Source: Octopus sinensis (lineage: Eukaryota). Taken from it: 64,000 nt of DNA. Below, one piece after another: positions 41,624-55,125 of this stretch. The notes beneath the pieces were generated by a model. The model ran no database searches and was not told the origin of the DNA. It saw nothing but the letters and a program-made list of their open reading frames with translations. How positions within the stretch are numbered: position 1 is the first letter of the stretch; every line of letters begins with the position of its first letter. The stretch lies in assembly GCF_006345805.1 (NCBI RefSeq), contig NC_043013.1, forward strand, positions 18,228,001 through 18,292,000. The letters run 5' to 3'. Both the position numbers and the translations under genes were made by a program.

Positions 41624-41947
41624 ATAAACATCTTGGTATGCAATTGAACAGCATTAAACTAAAAATCAACATCTGTGTACCAAACTGAATGTATATACAC
41701 ATTTGAAGGATATGCTGCTGTGGTTTTTGTCTGAGATAGAATCTCTTTGTAGACATATTGTGTTGAAAGCTATATGTATCAGCGCATGAGAATGTCAGAT
41801 GTGTTTCAGCCTCCTTGAGTCTTGTCTCTGACATGCAGCTGGATGCCACATCCTAAATGAAATTTGTCTTCTTCAACATATATTCAACAATGAATATATT
41901 CTCTCAGACAAAACCATAGCATCATGCTTTTCAATAGTGAGTGTGTG

Positions 41948-41990
<43 letters not shown>

Positions 41991-41992
<2 letters not shown>

Positions 41993-42145
41993 TTTATTTA
42001 AAAGCAGCAGAATATAACAAAAGCTGTTACTCGGAGTTTCACAGCTTTTGTTATATTTATGCTGCTTTTAAATAAAGCATATTACCTACCTTTGGTATTT
42101 GTTACTCTTTTTCCACCTTGTTTCACATTATGTGCTTACTCCGGT
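41991..42145. mobile_element. Small (TA)n-flanked foldback element
   Basis: 36-bp arms 41992-42027 / 42041-42077; the stem top and loop read GAAACTCCGAGTA on the minus strand. Confidence 0.8.
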
Positions 42146-42699
42146 ATATATAATATATATATAATATATAATATATATTATATATATATATATGTTACAT
42201 AGGGTACATAGCTGGTTATATGGAAACTTTGTCCATTTATGGTGGTGGTGTTGTGGGAGGAGGTACATAGTTGTTTGGAAATTGAAGTGAATTATCAGAA
42301 AAATAAAAATGTAAGAAACACTGGTGCAGAAAATGTGCTGTGTGACCAGGTGCTTTAGTATTGGACAATGGTTATTGTGTAGAGTTTGTGCTGTGCATTT
42401 TATTATTAGACTGCGTAGAGTGTTTTAGTATTCAACAATAATCATTGTATAGCATCTCTGCTGTGTAGTTGTGCAATGTATTTTATGATTGGACCCTTCG
42501 TTATTGTGTAGGATATTGTGTAGAGTATGTGCAGCGTAATTTATAGCAAGTCTCGTGAAGATAAATTGTGTGAGATCCGAATGAGATGATTGGGCAGAGT
42601 TGTTTGGACATTTTGAAAGCTGACTGAACATTCAGCCTATTTTGGTGACAATATGTTTTGGCTCTGGAAGCAAATATATACACACACACATGTGCAGGG

Positions 42700-42880
42700 C
42701 ACGTAAAAAGCACCCACTACACTCATGGAGTGGTTGGCATTAGGAAGGGCGTCCAGCTGTAGAAACACTGCCAGATCGGACTAGAGCCTGGTGCAGCCTC
42801 CTGGCTTCCCAGACCCCGGTTGAACCGTCCAACCCATGCCAGCATGGAAAATGGACGTTAAACGATGATGATGATGATGA
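42700..42880 (+). mobile_element. RTE 3'-UTR/tail fragment
   Basis: Matches the 3' end of the LINE at 1-1710. Confidence 0.9.
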
Positions 42881-44046
42881 TAGGGAGAGAGACATTGCAA
42901 GTTATTAAATGAATATGATTGGCCAAATACTTTGCCTTTCCTCACCTACATAGAGATATATGGGGAGAGAGAGAGAGAGAGAGGAAGAAAGGAGGAGGGA
43001 GGGAGACAGAGAAGAAAAGGGGGAGGGAGGGAGAGAACAAAAGAAACTTTAAAACATTTGATGCTAAATAATTGGCACCTTGTTGGTTATAATGATGAGA
43101 GAGTTCCAGTTAATCCAATCAACTGAACATCCTGTTTGTGAAATTAACATGCAAATGGCTGAGCGCTCCACAGACATGACTACCCTTGATGTAGTTCTTA
43201 GGGGAGATTCAGTGTGACACAGAATGCGACAAAGCTCGCTCTTTGAATTACGAGTACTACTCATTTTTACTAGTTGAGTGGACTGGAGCAATGTGAAATA
43301 AAGTGTCTTGCTCAAGGACAGAATATGCCACCAGGAATTGAACTCATGGCTGAAAGCCAAATAACCTAATCACTAAACCATGCACCTTCACCTCATGTTA
43401 AAAAAGTCAGAATTGTATCAGTGACCCCAAACAGGCAGCGCAAAAACAACTGCACCAAAAAAAATCTCATACCTGTGAGAAACGTTAGTCTTATAATTAG
43501 GTATTATATAATCAGGTATTGATTATATAACAATATGCGATTGGTATTCTTTTAAAGGGTGGTGTTTGTGTTTCCTGTGAAATGTGTAATTGGTGTTATA
43601 TGTTTTAGTGCTGGCTTTTACTGTAGCAAATGTGGTGTGTGGTTTGTGCAGTATTAATTGGTTTCAGCTGTCTGGAAAGCAGGTTATTGGTGTTACAGTG
43701 TCAGGTATAGGTCATGTCGGAGCATGGGTGTCGTGTTTTTTTATTGTGTGGTAATTGTGTAGAGTATCTGTTCTGTTGATTGATTTGGTGTTAGGTGGGT
43801 TGTGCTCAGTTATTGGGTGGTCATTATATGGTCGTGTGCTGTTGAATTGAAAGGGTCTCACATAAAATGCTGACTGCACATGGTAGAGATATATTTTGGT
43901 GGACTGCATGTAATGTTGGGTGATGTTTGAATAGAGTAGGTATTTAGTCAATCACACAACCCCTTCACTTATTTCAGTTTGCTACTTTATTTTCAATCTC
44001 AGTATGTTGAACTGTTAGGTTGCATGACATAAAAAGAAACAACACA

Positions 44047-44085
<39 letters not shown>

Positions 44086-44328
44086 GCATACCCATGTCAT
44101 AAAAAAATGGTGATGGTTTTATTAACGATAGAAAATGGTACATTAACACAATGGCAAAGCCATTAATAAATGTCAGCAATCTAGTAAATATGTTTACATA
44201 CAGAGTTGAAGCACTTGAATCAGATACAATTGGAACGCATTGGTTGAAAATATTACCCAGAAACTTCTTTCAGTTTCCATCAACCAAATCTATTCACAAG
44301 GCTTTGGTCAGCCCTGTGATATAGCAGA

Positions 44329-44378
<50 letters not shown>

Positions 44379-45142
44379 ATATATATAATATAAATACATA
44401 ATGGAGTTTAACGTGGTATAAATCAAATACTTTTACTTTCGACACATGTTTCAAAAATTTCACTGATATTATTCAAAAGAATAAATGGTATAAAACAATG
44501 TAATCTTCTCTTCAGAGAAGTGAAAAAAATGAAACTCGTCAATAAGACATTTTAGCAAAAAATGATGGATATGTTTAGTGATTTACTGAACGCTATTAAT
44601 ATTGTTTGAAAAAACATTAAATGATATAACGTCGGAAGTAGCTTATAGAAAGAGTAGGGAAATTAATGTTTAAATTATATATAAAGATAGAGATTACTTT
44701 ATGCACTAAAGGTGTGTTTTTGCCAATGTTTACATGGTATGCACACTCTATAACCATGTTCACTAGGGGATTTTTAGAAAAAAATAATGAAAAATAGTTC
44801 AGAATTACAGAGAAGACAGAATTCCTTGCCTTTGTCATAAAGTATCGACATTGAGAGAATCAACCATTCTAAATTAAATTGTTCATTGTAGTCTTTTAGA
44901 TCCCAAATTAATTTACTGAGACTGGTACTATTACGTTTATTTCTATCCCTAAATGTTGAGTAATGGATAGAAATTCTTTTAGATAACTCTAACGATGTGT
45001 TTCCAATGTAAACTCGTACTTTATTCCTCCTTTATCCTCTTCAGTGCTACCACATACTGGCTACCAAAATAGGGAATCTGACCATAAGTAGTAAATGTAC
45101 AAAAATCCATTATCTGCATACATATACACCCACACACACACA

Positions 45143-46378
45143 TATGAGGTGTATTCAAAAACTATCATCTGACTTTATCTTTTCCCACCAAAACTAATGC
45201 TGCATGATCAAAATCCTTTGAATGAGAGGTGATGTCACCCCTCTTGTGTATGCATGAAAATTTTCATATTGGTAGGTCAAGCCAGTTTCTGGCTATTATG
45301 TTTAGAGTGCAGACATGTAGTGCATGCTACTTAGATTTTCATTTTCAGTGAACGCACGGAGCAGAAACAGCGCATCAAGTTTTGCCAAAAGCTTGGTGAT
45401 ACGCAAGTTCAAATTATGCAGAAGATTCAACAGGCTCAGATCAAAGTGTGGTACAACCACCTCAAACTTGGCCACACCTCAGTGCAGCCAGGCAGGACAT
45501 CCACAATACAAAACGAAGCACCAATTGAGAAGGTTCATCAAATAGTCATGGAAGACCATCATGTAACAATCCAGGAGATAGCTCACATAGTGGGAATAAG
45601 CACAGGATCAGTGCATTTCAACAGAGAATTTGAGCATGGGGACAGTGTTGGGTGAAATTCCTCCCCAATGTGCTGTTGGAGCAGCAGAATCAGTGGAGGC
45701 GCAATGGCCCAATGGTTAGGGCAGTGGACTTGCAGTCAGAGGATCACTGTTTCGATTCCCAGACCGGGTGTTGTGTGTGTTTATTGAGCGAAAACACCTA
45801 AAGCTCCACTGTTGTACTCTTTCGCCCCAACTTTCTCTCACTCTTTCTTCCTGTTTTTTGTACCCGACTTCCTATGCAACCGCTGAGCCTGGATGCACAT
45901 TCATCCATCCGTCGATGCTTTTGGTGTCGGGGGTTGACCTGGTTTCACTTCTGCGGGTCTTACAAATAGCAAAGGACCATGTTTCGGACTTCTCCCATCT
46001 TGCGAGCTCTGGGACAAAGACCGTTTGCTCAACAGCAACAGCAGAATCAACTCCACATGGAAATTCCTCAGGACATACTGGACTGTGCAAACCATGACCC
46101 AGACTTCATGAAGACCATTATCCCTGATGATGAGACATGGGTTTATTGGTTTTTGCTTGATGCATTCAGTCACCTTGTATGAAAATGAAAATCCCATGAG
46201 TGTACACTACATGTCTACCCTAGCTATAGCAGCTGGAAAAGGATACTGCCTACTAGTGCTACAACTTTCATACATGTGCAGGAAGGATAGCATCACCTCT
46301 CGCTCAAATGATTTTGCCCATGCAGCATTAATTTTGGTGGGAAAATATGAAGTTGGATACTTTTTTGAAAACATCTCT

Positions 46379-46382
<4 letters not shown>
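45143..46382 (+). mobile_element. Mariner derivative bounded by two inverted ~200-bp 5' ends, interrupted by a SINE
   Basis: HTH (IKFCQKLG) and DFMKTIIPDDETWVY motifs; 46180-46382 is a diverged reverse complement of 45143-45345. Confidence 0.75.
45693..46038 (+). mobile_element. tRNA-headed SINE (GTGGAGGCGCAATGG head) with 11-bp TSD
   Basis: A box TGGCCCAATGG, B box GTTTCGATTCC; TSD CAGCAGAATCA at 45682 and 46039. Confidence 0.9.
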
Positions 46383-46409
<27 letters not shown>

Positions 46410-46451
46410 GTTCATGTATTTATTTTGAGAAATTCCTTGGAAAAAGCCCAC

Positions 46452-46495
<44 letters not shown>

Positions 46496-47052
46496 TACAC
46501 ACACACACACTCACAAACACACATATACACACTCTTTGTTACACTTTAATCTTTCATCCTCTGACACAAGTCCCCCTCCACAAATGCCTCTGCCCCTACT
46601 CCTCTCATAATTCCTTGTCTTGCAAGTTACTTGGTTACCCTGACAGTACTGGTGCCATGTTAAAAATCCTCCAGTTCACACTGTAATGTAGTTGGTGCTT
46701 GGAAGGGCATCCAGCTGTAAAACAAATCATGCCGAAACTAACCTCACCCATGTTAGTGTCACATCAAAAGCACTGAGCCCACTCTGTGGAGTGGTTGGTG
46801 TTAAGAAGGGCATCCAGTCATAAAATCCCTGCCAAAACAGACACAGTAGTCTAGGGTAGTTTTTTTCTACCTGGCCAGCTCCTGTCAAGAGTCTTACCCA
46901 TGCATGCATGGAAGATGGACGCCAAACGGTGATGATGACGATGATGAATGATGGACTTCTTTCAGTTTCCATCAACAAAATCCACTCTCAAGGTATTGGT
47001 CAACCAGTGGTATAACAGAAGACACTTGTGCAAGGTGCTGCACTGTAGGACT

Positions 47053-47328
47053 AGTGGAGGCACATCGCCTAGTGGTTAGAGCAGCGGACTCGCGGTCGAG
47101 TGATGTGTGTGTTTATGAGCGAAACACCTAAGCTCCACGTGGCTCTAGTAGAAGGTAAGGGCGAACTTCTGCGGACTCTTTCGCCACAATTTTCTCTCAC
47201 TCTTTCCTCCTGCAACTAGCAGCTCACCTGCGACGGACCAGCGTTCCGTCCAGGTGGGGAACCTATACGCCAATGAAACCGGGAAACCGGCCCTTATGAG
47301 CCAGGCATGGCTCGAGAAGGAACAAACA
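47053..47328 (+). mobile_element. SINE with the same head, nested in a microsatellite-core SINE, 11-bp TSD
   Basis: TSD ACTGTAGGACT at 47042 and 47329. Confidence 0.88.
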
Positions 47329-47713
47329 ACTGTAGGACTGACCTTGAAACCAGAGGCAAGCCAGCATCTTTAAGACACAACCATACCTGTACCCATAATT
47401 TCTATTTATTCAAGAAATTTCATTAAGAGACTGAAGTAGGGTTGTTTTAAAATTATGGTTATGATAATAATTGACATATCAAATATCTATCTACTTATCT
47501 GTTTGTTTTTCAATACATACATAATTCATTTTGGGAACACACACACACACATTCAGTGGCATCTGCACAGTGATTACTCTAAGCCAATTTCCACTATCTA
47601 GATACTAGTCAACATAAAATTAGAGGATATATGCCCTGTGTACTATAGAAAAGGATTGTAAACCCTTGCCACCTGCATGCAATAATATATTCTGTAAAGT
47701 TTAACTTCTTTCA

Positions 47714-47766
47714 AGAAGAAGAAGAAGAAGAAGAAGAAGAAGAAGAAGAAGAAGAAGAAGAAGAAA
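47714..47766. repeat. (GAA)n microsatellite
   Basis: Directly visible. Confidence 0.95.
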
Positions 47767-48184
47767 CTAGTGTACATACCTGAAGAAATGAACTGGCAAA
47801 TAGATTTGGAGTTAGAAGAGAGTTGAGTGAGAAAGTTAATGATTGCGATAAGGTGAGAAGAACAATTAATAAGCTCATTAAATTTGTGTGGAAGTGGCTG
47901 AGTATTTCACAGCAACGTGTATTCTCAATGTAATTCTCAGGCAGAATCAGTGTGACACAGGGCATGACAAGGTTAGGGTCTTTGAATTACGGATATGATC
48001 CATCTGATGGGGCCATTGCAACCCAATTTTCACTTTCCCTCTTCCACTCCCAAGACTTGGGCTTCTATGATAATGAAACTTGCCTCAGATACCATGCAGT
48101 GGGATTGAACCTGGGCCCCTATGATTGTAAAATAAACTTCCGAACCATTGTTAAGATTTCATGTTATGATGTTCCTTGCAATCC

Positions 48185-50000
48185 TGGGAAATAGGTTCAG
48201 TGATGCAGGACTGTCAGATATGGCCATCGAAGCTGGTATCGTCGCTCCTGGTTCAATTCCTGCAGTGCTTGAGGGTCGGCAATACAATCACACCATATGA
48301 ACACACAAAATTGTCATGAAAGCTATGCAGCGTCTGAGAATCAAAGCCTTCTATGAATGGGCACAGAAGAGCCATGCTAATTTACTCCAACGCGCTTGGG
48401 CAGCAATGGATAATGTCAGCAGTGAGATCACTTCAGACAACTTCAATAACATGTTGTTGGCACCAGAGTTCATACGTCTCTTCGAATTATTTGATGAGTT
48501 CTGCAAGTTGGACCAAGGTAAACTGGCAGCCTTTTGGGACTCATACATCAACTTGGTCTGCCTATTGCTTTGATTCACATGTGCTACTATAGAGGGAAAC
48601 TGGGTTTTGCATCTTGCTTCTGTGTGTGAGATGCTACCTTGGGTGTTTGCATACGACAGAACAAACTATGCCCGTTACCTCTCTGTGTACTGGTGTGAGA
48701 TGGTGACCCTGCCTCAGACACATCCTGAAAGCAATACTCTTCTCCTTGAAGGGCATTTTACAGTTCAATGAAATTCCAAGAGTGCATTTTCCCAAGTTGC
48801 TGTTGACCAGACCATTGAGCAAACTTTGAATCATGACTCCAAAATGAGTGGTGGTATAGTAGGTATCAGCCTCAACCAAGGGAAGTGCAGCATTGGGTTC
48901 TGACAGCACATGACAGGACAAGAATACTTCAAATCTGCAGGATGTTGGCTGGTATGTATGATGCCCAGAACCAACACCACAAAGAAACTAGTTCCCCTTG
49001 CCTAAAGAAAGATGAAGGTGATATTAAAAAAGTCATGGACATGATAGAAAGCTGGGTGAATCCATTTGAGATGAAGAACACAGCTGATTCCCTCATCAAC
49101 ATTGCATCAGGAGTAAAAGCCACTGATGATTAACAGGGGATATTTTGTCTGCAGAAGAGAAGGGAGCTAATGCCTTCTCATCCTTTGTACAAAAGAGGCT
49201 GTGTAGCAGTCAGACAGACTTTTATTCTCCATTAGCAAAGACTGTACTCGAAACATTTAGGAACCTAGTGAAATCAAAGAAAACCAAAGGTACCACCACA
49301 GATATTGTAATCAAGGCTGACAGGGGACTCTTTGCAAAGATGGTGGTTATTGCTCAACACAGACAAATGAACATGAAAGAAGTTTTGCAGTATCCACTAG
49401 GTCCTCAGTCATGGCCCCTTGCAACTCCTGATGGTGCACCTGCAAAGACTACCAAGGCACCCTTTCACATTCATTAGAAGAGCTAGCTAAACCAGCAGAA
49501 AACATCCCTACAACAGCAGTATGGATCTTTGATAGAATGTCCTTGCAGCAATCCATAAAGACAGTCCCCAAGACATTCAGAGATCTTGCTACTTACGTTC
49601 TTGAAGTGCTGAAGTCAACAAGCAACAACCCTGCCAGAACAGACCTAATTATGGACCAGTATCCTGAGCTGTCTATCAAGAACCCAGAGCGAGCAAAGCA
49701 TGGAACATCAGGTGTCTTGCAAATGAAGATCCTTGGCAGACATCAGAAGTGTCCGACACAGTGGAAGAAGTTCCTTAGTGATGGTGGGAACAAGACCAAT
49801 CTTGCAAAGTTTCTGGTGGAAGAGTTACAGCAGCCAGAATATGATCCCAGGTTTAAAGGGTTTGGACCACTGTACATCACCCATGGGGATAAGTGCCACA
49901 TGCTTGTTGAGAGTTATAGTTGTGTAAAATGCAGCAGAGTAGATCAACTGTGCACATCAAAGGAAGAAGCTGACACTGCATTCTGCTACGTGCAGGCCAT
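48185..50000 (+). pseudogene. Decayed DNA-transposon ORF, Academ-like transposase with XPG/PIN-like C-terminus (tentative)
   Basis: Motifs RFSDAGL..IEAG..GS...LEGRQYN, AYDRTNYARYL.VY..EM.TLP.THP, FSQVAVDQTIEQTLN.DSK.SGGIVG and EEADT, broken by stops and frameshifts. The family assignment is from recall. Confidence 0.6.
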
Positions 50001-50004
50001 GCAG

Positions 50005-50190
50005 CATTGCTAGTGGAGTGGCTATGCTTACTCTGTAAAACCAGAAAGAAAAATGGTGCAATCAGGCTAAAACTTCGATCATGTGACCACAATAGTACCA
50101 ACTATAAGTATGCATTCTCAGAAGGCAGTGTGGCAATAATAAAGATATGTTATGGCAATAGTGTGGATAATTTTTGACTTTCACTTGTAT
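50005..50190 (-). mobile_element. Mariner 5'-end fragment, same family as 4240-4410
   Basis: Shares aaaatggtgcaatcaggct...gtgaccacaatagtaccaactat. Confidence 0.8.
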
Positions 50191-50199
50191 CTTCACTAA

Positions 50200-50510
50200 A
50201 CATACTTAGTATTACCTTTTAAAAGTATTTGGGTTTGCAATTTGAAGGTAATTAATGCTGCTTTCCAAAGTTCTTTACAATTGTCTTTTAAAGATACTCA
50301 GAGTTCCTCCTTAAAAATTCTTACTGTTGTCTTTCGAAAGTCCTTGCTATTGTTTTTTTAAAAGTACTTGGCATCATTTTTTTAAAAGTAACACAATGTT
50401 ACCTTTTAAAGGTGTTTACTGTTTTCTTTTGAAGGTACTTACCGTTGCTTTATTTTTCAAGGGTACCCTATATTGTCTTTTAAAATCCTCCAGTTTAAAG
50501 CTATTTAAAT
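50200..50510. repeat. Degenerate AT-rich minisatellite (CTTTTAAAAGTAC-like core)
   Basis: Recurring ttttaaaagta / cttttgaaggta units at roughly 25-30-bp spacing. Confidence 0.55.
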
Positions 50511-50814
50511 ATTTACATAGTTCAGCTGTTTCAATATTTATGTTGAACAATTAGAAACTTGATGAGGATAGCAATTGAAATATTTGTAGAAAACTCTGAT
50601 TGATTTCTTACTAACACTTCAGTGTCCATAACTGGTGAACCATTAACTGTAGGTTAGACCAGTCTGTGTACATACACACACATATGTATGCTCCTATCTC
50701 TCTCTCTGTTTTTCTCTCTCTACCTGTCTGTGAATGTGTGTGTCTCTCTGTGTATAAATATATATATAAGTCCAACCCATGCTAGCATGGAAAGCGGATG
50801 TTAAATGATGATGA

Positions 50815-50877
<63 letters not shown>

Positions 50878-52232
50878 TACATAAACACACACACACACAC
50901 ACAAATATATGTGTGCATCTTTCTCTCTCTCTCTCTCTCTCTCTCTCCCACAAACATATATATGCATGTACATTATCTATTTATCCATTTGTCTCTGTCA
51001 GCCTGTCGAGTTCTTCCTCCCCGCTCTCTCTCTACACACATACACATATATACATACACATACACGCACAAACATGTGCATATATCTATTTTTCTCTCTG
51101 TTAATCTGTTGGTCTCTCTCTTTCTCTCTCTCTCTCCACACACACACACACACACACACACATCAACACCAAAATATATATATAGATACAATCATTGAAA
51201 GACTATCGATAGTAATATTGATTTTTTTTTTTAAACTTTTGTTTTATGCATTGATTTCTTCAAGTCAATAGAGAAATACTAACACACATTGCTCACAACA
51301 ACAACAACAACAACAACAATGCTGATGCACATTGCTAATAGCAACAACAAAAAATACTAACAACTATAAACAATACTAAAAGCAATTTAGAAACAAAAAA
51401 AAAATTAGCTCAAATGACACAACAACGTTAATAATGTCAAGACAGAGAACAGAAAAGAGAATGAAGTGTAGAGAAGTAATAATGAGAGACAGGTTGTTGA
51501 TTGATGTGTTAAATATAGCAGCCAAGTCTCTCTCTCTGACAATGCATTACGTCTTTACATCTTGGTAAATGTACAAATCTATTGTAAACTCCTGAATTTA
51601 AAGAAAATTAATGCTTTATGAGGAGTGGCTGAAGAGTACAAGAGTACTTAAAGTAAACTGAACAATGGGTGAAGAACAGGTTGGCATATTCAGGATATGT
51701 AGAGCATACAAGAGTACCCAGTGTACATGGAGTACCCAGTATATACTGGAGAGTTGAAGAGTATTAAGTATAGTAGTGGTGATGGTATTAGTGGTAGTGG
51801 TGATAATAGTTTTGAAGATGGTCGTAGTTGGTTGTCATAGTTCTACAAAGTAGCAGCAGCAGAATTAGTAGTAGTAGAAGTAATAGTGGTGGTGGTGGTG
51901 GTGGTGATAGTAATAATTGTTGTCGGTGATGATGTAGAGTAGTGAAGGTCAGTTTTGCTTGAGTGATTCTATGACACAGAAATAGCCAATCAAAACACTT
52001 GTGCACTCACATCCTTCCCAATACTCCCACCACCACCGCCACTATTACTACTACAACTGCTACAACTAAAGGACCACACTGCAGCAACCACTGTCATGCA
52101 ACAGTTGCATGTGTCGAGTGCAGCAGCAGCAGCCACAACATATTGCATCAAATCATTTACAGTTTCCACACCATTAACTTCATCTTTCAGCTCTTAGTTT
52201 GGCACCGTACACAGTTACTGCACTCAACAAAA

Positions 52233-52472
52233 ACATCACCATCATTGGCTAGAGCAAATGACAGAGAATGATTATGCATGTATGTGTGTATAATGATACA
52301 TACACACACACACATATATATATATTATATATATATATATATAATACCGTAGTAAACATCAATGTGAAAACAAGGTGGGAAAAAAGAGTACTCAAATACC
52401 AGACATCACCATCATGGCTAGAGCAAATGACAGAGAATGATTATGCATGTATGGTGTATAATATAGATACAT

Positions 52473-52528
<56 letters not shown>

Positions 52529-52597
52529 TTAATATATCATATATATGGAGTAAACACATGTGAAACAAGGTGGGAAAAAAGAGTACTCAAATACCAG
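52233..52597 (+). repeat. Local tandem duplication (170 + 195 bp)
   Basis: acatcaccatcat...actcaaataccag occurs twice; the copies differ mostly by small indels and microsatellite length. Confidence 0.9.
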
Positions 52598-52660
52598 TGG
52601 TAGAGTAATATGCTTTATTTTAAAGCAGCAGAAAATTTTCTGCTGCTTTAAATAAAGTAT
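52540..52660. mobile_element. Foldback element of the 41991 family with a collapsed loop
   Basis: Near-perfect palindrome CTTTATTTTAAAGCAGCAGAAAA|TTTTCTGCTGCTTTAAATAAAG. Confidence 0.8.
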
Positions 52661-52901
52661 ATATATATATATATATATATATCATTATACACACATACAC
52701 ACACATGTGCACATACATATGTATGTATAAATATATGTGTATTTTATATAATACATACAGTACATACATGTATAAGTATGTGTATATATATATATATATG
52801 TATGTATGTATATATATAATACGTACATTACATAGGCACGTGTGTGCGTGTATATATATATATATATATATATACATGCGTACTCACACACACAAAAATA
52901 T

Positions 52902-52946
<45 letters not shown>

Positions 52947-53221
52947 AGAGAGAGGGGGGGAGAGAGAGAGAGAGTAAGTGTGACTTAAATCTTCCTAAGT
53001 TGTGAGACACTGAAAACAGCAATGAAATCTGCTAGGGTGGTCACTCCTGCTTAACAGATCCTTATGTTTTTGAGGCTTTCTTTGAAAGTCCCCTCCCCCA
53101 GATGTCCACTTCAGAGCAGCTTTTGCATGAAGACTAGCTGGCAAAGGGGGTAATGTAGGACTCAGAAGGTAAAACCATCATCGCAACTCCATGATGTGGG
53201 TGTGTATATGTGTGTGTGTGC

Positions 53222-53268
<47 letters not shown>

Positions 53269-53540
53269 TAAATGAAATAAACATATGCATATATAAACAT
53301 ATATGTACGTACCTACCTCTACATGTAACATATACACGCATATATGAGTACAGGAACACAAAGGGACGTCGAAACAAAGAGAAACGAAAACATAGACACA
53401 ACCAAAGGAACAGGACATTTTTTTTTAAAACAACAAAAAATGGAGTACAGGACAATTAACACACAACAAAAAAACCCCTTCTTCAGTCGCTAAGGTCTCA
53501 TCTACTCTACGTTTCGAAGGATATATATATATATATAATT

Positions 53541-53767
53541 TATAAATTAGAGATAAAACTACTATTATGCAACTCAAACAGTGATAGACATAAATCAAAA
53601 CATAAATAACAAATAATATATATTTTTATAAAACATATAACTTATAACTAGATCTCAAAAAGTATAAAAATGAATGATCAAAAAATATATATTATTTGTT
53701 ATTTTTGTTTTGGTTTATGTCTATCACTGTTTGAGTTGCATGATAGTGGTTTTATCTCTAATTTATA
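53541..53767. mobile_element. AT-rich foldback/MITE, ~86-bp arms
   Basis: 53541-53626 is approximately the reverse complement of 53681-53767. Confidence 0.8.
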
Positions 53768-54109
53768 TTTTATATATTTATACTGTGAAATTTGATTTAA
53801 TACTAAATTGAATTTTTTCCTGTAAGTTTGGAGTTATACTCCCTAATATTATATAGATATATTATTGTTTACTTGTATCAGTCATTAGACTGTTGCCATG
53901 CTGGGACATTGCCTTGAATTTTTAGTCAAATGTATCGACCCCAGTACTTATTCTTTTTTTTAAGCTTGGTACTTATTCTATTGGTCTGTTTGCTGAACTG
54001 CTAAGTAACAGGAACACAAACACACCAACACTGGTTATCCAATGGTGGTGGTGGGGACAAACAAAGGCACAAAGACACACACACAAACACACACTCACAT
54101 ATATATATA

Positions 54110-54505
54110 TCATCATCATCATCATCATCGTTTAACGTCCGTTCTCCATGCTAGCATGGGTTGGACGGTTCGACCGGGGATCTGGGAAGCCAGAAGGCTG
54201 CACCAGGCTCCAGTCTTATCTGGCAGTGTTTCTACAGCTGGATGCCCTTCCTAACGCCAACCACTCCGTGAGTGTAGTGGGTGCTTTTTACGTGCCACCT
54301 GCACAGGTGCCAGGCGAGGCTGGCAACGGCCACGGTCGGATTGGTGTATTTTATGTGCCACCGGCACGGAAGCCAGACGAGGCGGTGCTGGCATCGGCCA
54401 CGAGTCGGATGGTGCTTTTTACGTACCACCAGACCAGGGATCCTGGCTGGTTCAATTCGATTTCGATTTCGATTTCGCTTGCCCCAACATGTCTTCGCAA
54501 GCAAG

Positions 54506-54510
<5 letters not shown>
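54110..54510 (-). mobile_element. Young RTE 3'-UTR copy, near-identical to 12740-13221
   Basis: Only a few mismatches over the terminal ~230 bp. Confidence 0.9.
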
Positions 54511-54546
<36 letters not shown>

Positions 54547-54608
54547 ACACATGCAGACACACAGAAACCAGGAGCAGGGAACAATCTACCTATCCTTCTA
54601 TATGTACA

Positions 54609-54663
<55 letters not shown>

Positions 54664-55090
54664 TATATATATTATTAATATCCAGCAGAAGCAACAGAGT
54701 ACTTATGTGCTGTGTTGCGTGCATTAGCACTTATCAAGTATTAAAGCCAAAAATCTCAGCTATGAGTCTCTCTCTTGCTTCTGCTATATATAAATAAAAT
54801 ATATATATATATTTACATATATATGCCTATATATCAATGTCTGTTTATCTTTACGGTGTAAAAACCAACATCATGTCAAAAAGCACAACTTAGTAACTTG
54901 TTAAAATAGAGATCAATGAAATGTAAACCAATATAAAATATAAATCAATGAAATAAACTGCTGACTGAAATAAATACTAGAGTTAATATGATTGATTGAA
55001 AAAGCACCCTTAAACTTGTATGGACACAGTCCAGTGACTGAAGCCAGTAAGAGACTAAAAGAATGTGTGAGAGAGTGCGTTTTCAAATAC

Positions 55091-55124
<34 letters not shown>

Positions 55125-55125
<1 letters not shown>

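Noticed and set aside
43500-43960. Strand-asymmetric (TG-rich) block as a coding exon
   Set aside because: No family motif was recognised; the compositional bias alone explains the ORF. It is probably a decayed retroelement.
53470-53520. Hammerhead halves (GAAAC ... CTGAAGA, minus strand)
   Set aside because: The order is permuted and no stem I forms; at most a junction relic.
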